A stretch of DNA of 59,068 nucleotides from Lama guanicoe (taxonomy: Eukaryota), in NCBI GenBank assembly GCA_013239625.1, contig MU053399.1, positions 1 through 59,068 of the forward strand, in the 5' to 3' direction. The translations under genes were made by a program, and so were the position numbers. Positions 14,435-25,929 of the stretch are shown here, one piece after another. Every line of letters starts with the position of its first letter. The stretch's first letter is position 1. The notes under the pieces are model-generated. The model had not been told where the DNA came from and made no database searches. It worked only from the letters and a program-made list of their open reading frames with translations.

Positions 14435-15195
14435 CTGTTGTTGGAATGTAACATTCCAACAGTGTAATTGGCACATTCATTTTGAAAACCAGTATGACAG
14501 TTCCTCAAAGACTTAAAAACAGACGATGTGATCTAGAAATCTCCTTTCCTATTATATATCCAAAAGAAGTGAAATCACTAGCAAAAAGTATCTTAACTCC
14601 CATGTTCAATGCCACACTATTTGTAATAGCCAAAACCTGGAACTCACTGATCTATCTGTGGATAGTGGATAAAGAAAATGCGCTAAATATATATATATAT
14701 ATTGGAATATTACTCAGCCTTATAAAAGAAGGAAATCTTGTCACTGTGACCGCATGGATGAACCTAGAGGGCATTAGGATAAGTTCTGTATAAAGCAGTC
14801 ACAGAAAGACCAACACAGCTTGATATAACTTATATATGGAAAGCAAAAAAGTTAAACTGTTAGAAACTGAATGTAGGATGCTGTTTAACAGGGGCTGGGG
14901 GATGAGGAATTTGAGGAAATTTTAGTCAAAGGATACAAAGTTTTAGATACACAGGATGTAAATTTCCTGGAGCTCTAATGTAGAAGCAGGTGACTTTCTC
15001 TATCACGTATTTGAAAATTGCTGAGAAAGTAGATCTTAACTGTTCTCATCAGGAAAAAAATACATAACTATGTAAGGTAATAGACATGTTAACTAGTTTG
15101 AGTGTGATGATTTCACAATATATAGGTATAGCAAATCATGACACTGTACACTTTATATATACAATTTTATTTGTTATACCTCAATAAAACTGAAA
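14435..15195 (+). mobile_element. L1 3' end (L1MA-like)
   Basis: 'gcatggatgaacctagagggcatta', 'cacagaaagacc', ends 'tatacctcaataaaactgaaaaa'. Paralog at 34640-35290. Confidence 0.8.
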
Positions 15196-15622
15196 AAGTG
15201 TACGTTAATATACAAATAAAATATTATTCTGTTTCCAATTAGATCATGTCCATCCTAAATTATTTATTGTGTTTTGATCCTAATATTGTGAGATAGAAAG
15301 TTATTATAGAATTGGTATGCTGAAAGATATCAATAGTTTAGAAATTCTTATTTTTATTTACACATAATAGTAAAACATTTTGCCCTGGAATTAATTGCAA
15401 ATATATTTATTTCATACTTAAGGCCAAAAAATAAAAAGGATTACAAATAAAAATAAAAATAATGTTTTAGAATATAAATTTATTATATAAAATTTAACTT
15501 TTTAATTTTCTGGGTTAATTTCAGTTCCTTCACTGTAGTTATGAAATACTATTTTTATTCATGATTACACAAAGCTGAATTTACTTGTAACTGAGGCCTG
15601 GGGACTAAGGCAGATAGTATGC

Positions 15623-16075
15623 CTACATTTTTATAGAACAGATTTTATTAATCTCTTTTCTCAGGACCCAGATCACGTCCTTTTTTCTCAGGGTATAGAT
15701 GATAGGGTCCAGCACTGAGCTCAGGGTGGATAATGTAATCAGTGGGCCTAGAGTAGACAGTCCGCACAGTGAGGTGGGTGCTGCAGTTTGAACAAGCCTT
15801 CTTCCTCCCTTTTACTGAGTGCACATGATAGATTACAAGGAGAATACAGCCATTGGAATATGCAATACCAAAAAAAGGCAACACAAGGAAGGGGTGGTGC
15901 TCAGAAACACTATGTACTCATTGATCCAGGTGTCTCTTCAGGCCAGCATCAACATGGCTGGGACATCACAGAAGAAATGGTTAATGACCCTGGACTGTCA
16001 ATAGGAGTAATGAAGGACTTAACAATTGTAGGCCCAGGAAGTGATAGCAACCATTACCATAAGAATACACACTTT
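15623..16075 (-). pseudogene. Degraded OR2L-family pseudogene, 3' half only
   Basis: Remnants INHFFCDVPAMLMLA, LPFFGIAYS, GRKKACSNCSTHLTV, and an end at ...KM* (TAG 15623-15625). Frameshifts and a ~60-bp internal deletion; the 5' half is not found. Confidence 0.85.
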
Positions 16076-17269
16076 CATTTTTATTTTTTGATATTATAAA
16101 TGGAATATTGGATAGGAAAGAAAACAGTCACTTAAAAGGAAAAGAAAATTCTTTCCTAATCTTGTCAATAAACAGACCTTTAGTCCAAGAAAACTTTGTC
16201 ATTTTTACCCGATGAAAGAAAATTAAGTTTTAATTTTACATAAATACACTATTGATATAAAAACTAATTTTTCTTAAATCCATTTAAATTGAGCCCTTTC
16301 ATAATTTAATTTTGGCAATACCCTCCAAAGGTAAAAGAAAAATCATATATACATGCATATATCCATAAACATACATAAACATAGAAACAGTGATTCCATA
16401 GATTTCATTCCAAAACTGAAGCCCTTGACAAGAAATTTTGTTGAGACTGTGAATTAGATGATGGGAAAGGAATTCTCTATAGCAGTTTGTATTTTAAAAG
16501 CCTTATACTCACCATTTTTTTTCTCAGTCTCAAGAAATTGTGGGCAATGTTTCTATTGTATAGTCATGAAAATATTTACCACTTTAAGGGATAGAAAATA
16601 ACGCAAGTTTTATCCTAGCAGTTTTGGGATATACCTTTATTATCAGAAATCTAGTGTAATTACTATTAAAAATGTTGTTTCTATTAGGGATCAAATTGCA
16701 AAGGGCATTCCATCTGTTCATTTACTTTTACTTACTACACTATACCATCCTCACTTTCCAAGGGATTTTATCTCTTTGATTCCTAATCAGGCACTGTGAT
16801 AAGTGTTGGATTTCAATCTGTGGCAGTTTGAGCCTTTCTAGTTTTGTAAAATGGCATGCTAAGTTCTCCAAATTTTCCTCCCACTCTGCTAACCTGTCTA
16901 TCAGCCCCAAAGCTAGAAGAGTAGTGGACAACTTCACCTCTTTCTCTGACCTCATTCCTTCCTTCAACATTCTAACTCAACTCAAATTGCCCATGCTAGA
17001 GGCTAACACACTATGACACCCATTGGTTTCTGTTCTGTGCTACAGTAGACTATGTGTAGTTACTCAAACACTCACACTGAAAAAAAAAATGAGGTTTGGG
17101 GCATCCTCATACTCATAAGGCTTCCACAAGCGTCTGACATATGAGCCATCCTCCATCACATAGAAGTTGATGGCCAATTTGGAATTTTCCTCATGGATGC
17201 TTTTTCGCCCAATGTTCCTTTTTTTAGTCTACTGGCTGGATCACCAATTTCTGGTTCAGAAACTGGCCC

Positions 17270-17745
17270 CTGAAAATGCAGGGAAAGTAGAGACCAAACA
17301 AAGAAGCAGTATATTCTGGATCTATATGTTAGAGTTTAATAAACAAGGGAACTTTTTTATGAAGCTTGTTTTAGGCAGCCACAAGACAAATAGATCACTA
17401 CAACTTCCCAGCACGATCTCAAAAACTTATATAGAAGACTTAAATGGGTTCAGTCACATACACAACAACCCAGATAATCTCAACAATACTTTGCACCCTC
17501 AAGGCCGTGTCCTTGGAGTAGTTCCCACTGTGGGGAGTAGGCAGAATGTACTGCCCAATGACAAAGGAGAGAATGTGGAGCTTCTGATTGCTCAAATCCA
17601 GCTGGAAGTTCAACCAGTTGTCATATACTCTCTCTTACCTGCTCCAGCAGTTTCATCAGTTCCAAACCATCAGACCCATGGCCAGTTCCTTTTATTACAA
17701 TGTTCCCAGCAGAGAACTTAGGATGGTAGAGGAAAAATTATTTTT
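17270..17745 (-). mobile_element. Probable LTR fragment(s)
   Basis: Minus-strand ATTAAA (~17336) and CTATATAAG (~17428) in LTR-like order. The end 'agaacttaggatggtagaggaaaaattattttt' resembles an ERV1 LTR terminus. Confidence 0.35.
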
Positions 17746-18027
17746 ATGTTGGAGAGATAATTAGTTCAAATTTTAAATATTTTTATAAGATTTTGCTTAT
17801 ATTATTGTCATACATTATTTATAACTACACAGGTAATTAATTTAAAAAAAGACATAAGGAAAAGGTGTAACTCAAACTAAGAAAATCTTGAGTCATGTCC
17901 CAACTGATTATATTTTCAAAAGACTCTAGAATTTTAAAATATGAACTTTTGTAAATTCAGAATTATTTATTTACCTTTTAATTATCTTTTAATTCTTCAA
18001 CATTATTTGAAAAATAAAATGACGTTA

Positions 18028-18160
18028 GGAAGAAGGTATAGCTCAAGTGTTAGAGTGCATACTTAGCACACACAAGGTCCTGGGGTCAGTCCCCAGTACT
18101 GCTTCTAAAAATAAATAAGTAGATAAACCCAATTACCTCTCCACCCCCACAAAAAAAATG
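18028..18160 (+). mobile_element. vic-1-like camelid tRNA-derived SINE
   Basis: ggaagaaggtatagctcaagtgttagagtgcatacttagcacacacaaggtcctggggtcagtccccagtac..., flanked by an 'aataaaatga' repeat (18013-18022 / 18161-18170). Confidence 0.8.
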
Positions 18161-19974
18161 AATAAAATGAATATATAACTTGGAAATTTTTAAAATGTAT
18201 ACAAAGGGTAATATAAATAAGAGATTTCCCTACATTTTTATTATATTTGTAAGTTTTTTTCTGAAATTAAAAATACGCAACTACCTCTCTGGAAATACTT
18301 AAACTCAGTAACTCAGGGGCAGCCAAATAACTAGGTATGAAAGTGTAGTGCAATGATATTTCTTACAAAAGTGTTCATTAGGAGGCTGATAAGATGTGAA
18401 GATGTAAATGTTATAATACATAATAATAAACAGACCTGCTATAACACGATGATAATATATTTATAAAAACTTTGTTATGATAAAACGACATGTCAAGAAT
18501 TAAAAGAATATCTAGGGAAAATAGTGATAGATCATTTTAAACTTAAGAGATCAGAGGATAAACTCCATACATTTATGAAATATTGACAGAGTTAAATCAA
18601 TACTTGTGTTCACAATGAGCAATACATAGTCAGTTTCCTGTGTGACATTAAGCACCTCCTCTTCTCCAGAGCTTAATGCTTTTTCCTGAAAATTATAGGT
18701 CCTTGCATTAACTTACTTTTATGAAAGATGATTTGATCGATATTTAACATCTAAACCCTGATTGCTATCTTCATCAATTAAGGTTTAGCAACTGGGAAGT
18801 ATCTTTGCAGCATTCTAATTAACACTTTTAACTTCACCAGACAGCTGACAATTGTGACATGCATAATATGTGTTAAAACTGTATCAGCAACCACTTGGTG
18901 TGAAGACAAAATTTCTGTGGAATTTTAAGTTTCTTAACAGAGTTATATGTTGCTTAGGCTTTTTTCCTGGGAGCCAAAGCATAGAAATTGGATGTTATTC
19001 TAGAGTCCTGGAAATCTCTGGTGAGGAAAGAAAGGGGCCATATGTCCACTCAGGGAGCAAGGGTTGAAATAAGTCTCTTGACCAATCAACTCTCTTCTAT
19101 CAACAGTTCTCATTTCTGTAAATAGGATTCTGAATTGTTGGGGAATCAAAATGGTACGGGATGTCTTTCCTTGCAAGTAAGTAAATATAATTTCATGAGC
19201 AAGGAGAATTTTCTGTACAGATAATTGGTGTCATCATATATTTCATAGTATGTGGAGTTTCACCAAGTTGTCAGTCATTGCCTCCTGACAAAAATACACA
19301 GTCTCTGGGTAATTTGCCGTCCTCTCCTTCAGGTCCAGATATAGTTTCTTGCTCAGGCTGTGGTTCCTGATCTTTGGGACAAAACTCCTAATCCAATATC
19401 GTTCATGCTATACTGTACCTTCCAAACCTTTTACCATCTTGGCTACCATCTCCCCCATAAGCTGTACACTGAAGTCTCTGTCTCATTGGCTCTTGGCAGT
19501 TTATGTATCTTGCTTCTCAAATAGCACATGGATTTACCATCACAAGGCCTACATACAAAATAGTGATTTCCTTATTATTACACTCTCATCTTTTCTAATG
19601 TGTTTGCCTCTGGCGAGTTTTGAGCCACCATCTACATGCTCAGTTTCTTTCTGGACCTAATTCTCAAGTCTGTCTTTCTCCAATACTTCCTCAAGGCCAT
19701 GCATACTGGCTTGAAGTCACTTGATCTGATAGTACTGAGTTGGCAAATAATATCATTTATCTTCTTTTTGTCCTGGTGTTGATGTCACAGAATTTATGTT
19801 TAGGGTCATATTGGGTATTGCTCATGGTATGCATACATTACACATGATTCTTCTGTGCTTTTAAACATTTTGTGAACCACTTAATCTCTTTAAAAATACT
19901 TATTTTTAATTCCAGTGGGGTTACATTTTTGTCTGTTGCTTTCAATTTAGAATTCTGGTTGAAAGAATCAGATT

Positions 19975-20390
19975 GCAAATGCCAATTCAGACTGAAAAAC
20001 CAAAATTCAACTGAGTAAATTTGAAGTATGATTTTATGATTTCATTCAGCATTTCATGATATGGGCAGAATCCCATTCATAAAGTAGAAAGGGGCTCTGA
20101 GAAGTTATACAAAACGGAAGACTCTTATAGGCAGAAGAAGGCTGGCAAGAAAATTATTTCAGCAGAACACGGATTGTTTCAAGCAAGGTGACTTTCCTCT
20201 GGGGTAGGTAAGGTCTATCAGGCAGACAATCTGATTAGTGCTAACCAGATAATTCCAGACTGACTGGTTGAGATTGCATTTCTTGGAGAGGCTTACACTG
20301 CAATTATATAAGTAATAAGTCTCAGTTTGATGACATGGGCTTAGCACAGTAGTGCCATCTCCAGCTGTTGCTCTGTAGTTCTCACAGCTT
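19975..20390 (-). mobile_element. ERV1 LTR, probably the 3' LTR of the adjacent env remnant
   Basis: LTR-like sequence homologous to 51745-51940 ('attagtgctaaccagataattccagactgactggtt'), lying immediately downstream of env on the minus strand. Confidence 0.55.
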
Positions 20391-20539
20391 CAATTGATTC
20401 TTTGATATTCTCTGGTCAGGATGGTTTCTGTGTGTGTCGTTCCATTCTTAGCAAATTCATTTGCTTGGGGGTAAGCAGCTGTGAAAATACAGTTAAAGCT
20501 CTGAGAGAATGCAGAACACCATAAGAACTTCTATTTTTA

Positions 20540-20915
20540 CTAAAAGCAGGACAATTTCCACTGTCTGAATTGCAGCTTGGAGTCATGGTTCCCAAGACTT
20601 AATTCAAAATCAAATAAGAAAGAATGCATCTTTGGAGTCACTTTCTTAAGCCAAGTGGCTCGCTCAGTAATCTTATATAGCTGAGTGTTAATGTCCCCAG
20701 AAGTGTCAGTCCCGGTGCAGCAAATGATGTTGGCCAAAGCACAGACATCTCCTTGTTCAGTTAAAAGATAATCAAGGGGTAATCTATCAAGAATAACTTA
20801 GGCAAGAAGATCTAAGGTCTTGTCTTGGGCAGCTACTGTTTTAGCAACAGATTCTTCAATACCTTCAAGAATTAAGGAGAGATTGTAAATTACAGTTTCA
20901 TTTATATTTACTCCC
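20540..20915 (-). mobile_element. env: Endogenous retrovirus env TM-subunit remnant (gamma-type)
   Basis: Hand translation GVNINETVIYNLSLILEGIEESVAKTVAAQDKTLDLLA*VILDRLPLDYLLTEQGDVCALANIICCT...KITERATWL shows a heptad region, an ISD-like motif and CX6CC, with an in-frame stop. Confidence 0.85.
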
Positions 20916-20989
20916 TAACCAGGCAGCTAGGGACTTGCCAAATGAAGCGAATCCTGAATCCTGAATATTCCCTGGTAGGTGTTGTCTAA

Positions 20990-21845
20990 CTTGAAATAAT
21001 ATTTAAAGATTATATAAAAGTTTAAAATTAAATGAATGGTCACAAATGGAAAAGAATACTTTTTTCATGCAATGTTTCAGAAAACAATTATTAACAAAAA
21101 ACTAACAATTTACCTTGTAATTGAAGATACAGTAATCAAATGAGTAAATAGATATTTGAAACAAAAAGACATTTCTTGTTTCTTATACAAAGTCCACAAA
21201 TTACCAGAAATTTGAGGGTGGTTATTAAAATGCCATTAATTAAATTTGTATTTAAAATTAAATACAGATTTACATGGAATGGATTTGTAGAAATCAATGA
21301 GACGATATTGACTTATAAGGGAAATGTTTTTAGAAAAACATCTTGAAAATAATCAGCTCTACCTATACTAAAATTTATATTTTGATACAGTTTAACAAGT
21401 ATTCATCCCCATGCTTTCAAAACCTATAAAAAATTCAGATAATTCCAGTAACATATACAGAAAGATTCTTTTCAAAATTCAAAACAATCAAAAATTAATT
21501 GCAACCTAGCATTTGTCTCCCAGTGACTGAAAACACTTTGAATTACATTGCTAAAATTTTGAAAAGTATAAATTTTGATGAAAATAATTTTGGAGAAAAA
21601 TGAGCCCCCCATCTTATAATCAATAAAAACATTGTATAATAAAACATAACTTTTATTATGTATAAAATTTTGCCACAGCATATTCTTTGTAACTTGTAAT
21701 GCATTTCATAACTAATGAATTAATTTTGAAGAAAAATAACTATATTTGAGCACCAATACTTGTACTTTTTTCTGATTTCTGAATAAGAAGACTTATATTT
21801 TCATTGTGTGCTGTGTCTTGCAAGTTAAGTAGGATGTGACCTTTC
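20990..21845 (+). mobile_element. 3' part of MER45R-like element (paralog of 2150-2998)
   Basis: Collinear with 2150-2998, including 'ccagtaacatatacagaaagattcttttcaaaatt'. Confidence 0.55.
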
Positions 21846-22214
21846 TCTTCCCTGCTGCACCAGAGAGGTAAAGCATATTTTTCTGCTGATTACTGATGAA
21901 CAGTGCTAACACTTCACCCAGGAAGTGCACCAGAGCTGATGGATTTTTACTGAATGCAGTGGTGGGATTGGTTTAGGAAAGTGACTAAGCCATAAAATGG
22001 ATGGACTGCTAAAGTTGGTTCATAAAAGTTGACCTTCCTGAATACATTTCAGTAGAACTATGGGATGTAGTGGGGGGTGGGGGGGTGAACAAAATCTCAT
22101 CTGAGAGACGTTATCTAATGCAAGATCTGTAGTGGCTACTTAGGATGTAAACCGAGTATGTCCTGAGTGAGGGGGATGGTTGCAAGAATGTTTTTGATTT
22201 TTTGAATTCCCACT

Positions 22215-22358
22215 AATTGTACTAAATCTTGACCAACTCATAACCTCACAATTTACTGGACCTCTGTTGGTATCTTCAAGTCCTTAAAATTGTACTAAAT
22301 CTTGGCCCACTCATAACCTCACAATTTACTGGACCTCTGTTGGTATCTTCAAGTCCTT
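22215..22358. repeat. 73-bp tandem duplication (2 copies)
   Basis: aattgtactaaatcttg...ctcataacctcacaatttactggacctctgttggtatcttcaagtcctt repeated with period 73 and 2 mismatches. Confidence 0.9.
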
Positions 22359-22975
22359 GCTGTGGATCTGCAGATATACCAACATTAAATCACTTCCTTG
22401 GGATGTACTACACTGAAAGAAACAGAAACTTGTCTTTTTCCATTCAGAGTGGTGTAAGGACTTCAGAGTCCCTGATGAAGTGTCAGCTAACTCTCTAAAG
22501 TTCCCCTAAATTGAAAGAAAATATAACTGTTACTAGTAAATTATATGACTACTGTGAGAAGAATGAGAAGTCTTTTGACTCTTAGTTTGATCTAGACTTT
22601 CAGAAAACTTTTACTTTTGTGTTTCAGACATATTGGAGAATCAACTGAAAATTGTGGCACTTTTATAATAAATGACAACTTCAGTTAGTTTCCATTTTCA
22701 TTTCAATATGACAAAACCATTCCACTGACAAAATATCAGGAAAAAATTAATGCTTTTGAAATTGATGAGGAGAAATACACCATGAAGAAAAAAGAAAAAG
22801 GCTTGAAAAAATATACATATATACTTACAAGATAATTTCCTCCAGACATGTGTGATTGTCTTCTGTTCTAGATTAATTTTAGTCCTTGAATTTAATGATA
22901 AAATATTTTAAAATTGCTGTACACTGACAAATGGATTTATACCCAAGACCTAGGTACTCGTGCCAAAAGTTTTGT

Positions 22976-23914
22976 CTACATATTCACAGAGCAGATTCTC
23001 TGAATTACTCTTCTCAAGGCCCCCATCACCTCCTTGTTTCTCAGGCTATAGATAACAGGATTGAGCATTGGGGTCAGGACGGTGTAGACGACAGCCAGAG
23101 CTTTGTCCTCTGCTGGAGATCGAAGTGATCTTGGGCACAGGTAAGTGTAAGCAAAGGGCACATAATAGAAAGTCACCACAGTGAGGTGGGTGCTGCAGGT
23201 TGAAAAGGCCTTCTTCCTCCCTTCTGCTGAGCGCATGCGGTGGACAGCAAGGAGAACGCAGCCGTAGGAACATGCAATAATGACAAAAGGCAGCACAAGG
23301 AATAGGGTGGTACTCACAAACACGGTGTACTCATAGACCCACGTGTCCATGCAGGCCAGAGTCAGCATGGCTGGGACATCACAGAAGAAGTGATTGATGG
23401 CCCTGGACCTGCAGTAAGGGATGTGGAGGGCATACGTGGTGTGGGCACAGGAGTTGACAGAGCCCATTATCCAAGATCCTGTTATCATCAACACACACAC
23501 TCTTCTGCTGATCCTGATGGGATAGTGAAGAGGGAAGCAAATGGCCACATAACGATCATAAGCCATAAATGTCAAAAGCAGTGTTTCTGCACCTCCTAGA
23601 GTCAAGAAGAAGAAGCTCTGAACCCCACACCCAATGAAGGAGATAGACTTGTTTCCAAACAGATAATTGGAGACCATTTTGGGAACAATGGTGGAGATGT
23701 AGTTCAGGTCAATGAAGGAGAGCTGACTAAGTAGGAAATACATGGGTGTGTGGAGATGGGTGTCCAGACAGATGAGAATGATCATGGAGAGGTTGCCAAA
23801 TAATGCCACTAGGAAAATGAGAGCAATGAGAATAAAAAGAAACAGGCCAATTCCTGAAGGAGGGAATAACCCCAGCAAGATGAAATCAGTTGATGTTTGA
23901 TTATAACTTTCCAT
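22976..23914 (-). CDS. OR2L-like: Intact OR2L-family olfactory receptor, 312 aa
   Basis: Full ORF with N-glycosylation site NQT, GN, LHTPMYFLLSQLS, MAYDRYVAICFPLHY, KAFSTCSTHL and PMLNPVIYSLRN. OR2L-type YCRSRAINHFFCDVPAML motif and ICSVNM end. Acceptor with CTAAC branch site at ~23939-23968. Confidence 0.95.
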   Translation of the reverse strand: MESYNQTSTDFILLGLFPPSGIGLFLFILIALIFLVALFGNLSMIILICLDTHLHTPMYFLLSQLSFIDLNYISTIVPKMVSNYLFGNKSISFIGCGVQSFFFLTLGGAETLLLTFMAYDRYVAICFPLHYPIRISRRVCVLMITGSWIMGSVNSCAHTTYALHIPYCRSRAINHFFCDVPAMLTLACMDTWVYEYTVFVSTTLFLVLPFVIIACSYGCVLLAVHRMRSAEGRKKAFSTCSTHLTVVTFYYVPFAYTYLCPRSLRSPAEDKALAVVYTVLTPMLNPVIYSLRNKEVMGALRRVIQRICSVNM

Positions 23915-24288
23915 AGAGCACTGATATTATTATTTTTCCTAAAGGTAGACACAAAAGTGAGTTAGATATAAAACAACAAACTATTTCAAGTTATTATTTT
24001 AGTCAGACTGTGTATTATTTAAAATGCTACAGCTCTTATTTAGTTTATCTGTTGTGAAATCTGGAGTGAATCTTTATTGTCATGTAGCCATTAAACAAAG
24101 TCAATGTCTTCTGCATCCTCAGAAGAGAGGAGTTTCTGAAAGCTGTAGTTAATGTAGAATCTGTGCCTGCATATCTATGCATCACATTCCTTGTGGATTT
24201 CATAAATCGACTCAAGCTCTCCTGGATAGCATGTGTTTCATGTCTCTCCGTAACACTTAAGTGTTAAGCATTGCTTCAAGGCACTTTG

Positions 24289-24468
24289 TCTTACTCATTT
24301 CATTTTTACCTTTTATTTTCTTCATCTTACTCATTTAATTTTTATGTTTTATTTTCTTGGTCTTACTCATTTCATTTTTACCTTTTATTTTCTTCATCTT
24401 ACTTATTTAATTTTTATGTTTTATTTTCTTTGTCTTACTCATTTCATTTTTACCTTTTATTTTCTTGT
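24289..24468. repeat. 36-bp minisatellite, 5 copies in A-B-A-B-A arrangement
   Basis: tcttactcatttcatttttaccttttattttcttca alternating with tcttactcatttaatttttatgttttattttcttgg. Confidence 0.9.
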
Positions 24469-25929
24469 ATTTAAACTCTTTCCAATTTTAGGTTAGTGTG
24501 TAAATTTAAGCACATACATAAAATATCTCCCTGTTAAATCCCAATTATCTTGATGATAAAAAAAATAGATATATCATAAATTAAAAGAGAACAGGAGAGC
24601 ATAAAGCACAAGAAGAGATGAAATATTTCAGGACCCTTTGAGGAAGGAATCTGGTTAGAGGAATGAGCAGTCACTTAAATGGAAAAAACAAAATGGCCTC
24701 CTCGGAGTCTTTTTTGTGGAGATGGGAGGAGAAATTCTCCAGAGACATTGTAAACAGACAAACTCTATAGATTATACCGTATTTTAGTTGCAAATATTCT
24801 TTTAGACCCCAATGTTACCATACTTTTAAGCAAATCTGTAACATGGAAGAGGAAGATGCATACATGTACACATACACACAAACACAAGTACACATTCATA
24901 AATGAATGTACAATGAGGTAAAATGATTGGGAAAATGTAGAAAAGAATACATTTTTTAAAAAAGACTTGAACCTTCAAATATGTATGAGACAGTATTATT
25001 TCACAATGTAAATATCATTATATATGTAAGAGAAAGTGTCAGGTAACAAAGTTGCTTGCAAATTAAAAAAAAATAATAATAAGTGAAAGTTTCATAGACA
25101 AAATGAAAAAATATACATATATACACCCAAATTAAAATAAAAGAACATCAACAAAAACATGAAAAAAGATTGTCAATTTGAAAGGATAGGAGAGTTAGAT
25201 AATTGATGTAAGGGAACAAATGCATGCTTATTTTCATTCCTAGAAATGCATGTAGCAAAATAGTAATGGAATTAATAGCATCCAAAAAACTTTTTTTTCA
25301 GAACTTGTGTTTATGAGCCACCATATGCAAACAGTATGAACAGAATACTGAAAACTAAGTGAAAACCTTTATTGACAATAGTTCCTTGAAAATTCCAAAT
25401 GCCTTTTGAAAATATTTTCAGACAATTCTCAATAAATATAAATAAATATATTGTCCTAAAAGTGTCCTGACAGAGAAAATACTAATAATGAGAAGGACTA
25501 TTTGGGTAGAAATACTAAAATATCATCATGTTTTACCATAATCTATATTTTTGTATTTTACAAATACATCCTGGAACAATACTGCCAACCTTGCCACTCC
25601 AGACACAAAGTGGGACGTATCCATGTTGTGAAAGGATGGAGAGGGAGAAAGATGGAGGTGGCAGGATGCGGACGAAGAAAGTCTTCACACACAGTGGCTG
25701 CAGTAGAGTCAAGAGATGTTTGAAATTTAGTAATTTAAGCATTAGAAAATAAGAATACTGCTAAAAAAATGGATAAATAGAGGGTACAAAGTGTTAATAT
25801 AAAATATTTGCCCTGCGGATCAGGAGGACTGGGTTATGAAACCATTCTTTCGTCCCGTAATCTATTGAGATCATACGCTTGCTTCACTTGAAAAAGATAT
25901 TTAAGTGATGTCAAACTGATGGTACAGTT

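Noticed and set aside
17167..17721. 184-aa plus-strand ORF
   Set aside because: No recognisable protein motifs and overlaps LTR-like sequence, so likely a chance ORF.
20540..20915. Domesticated syncytin/HEMO-like gene
   Set aside because: In-frame stops, no SU region or signal peptide, truncated at ~20990.
24289..24468. 36-bp repeats as a CRISPR-like array or repetitive ORF (24271-24474)
   Set aside because: No unique spacers, mammalian context; it is a simple minisatellite.
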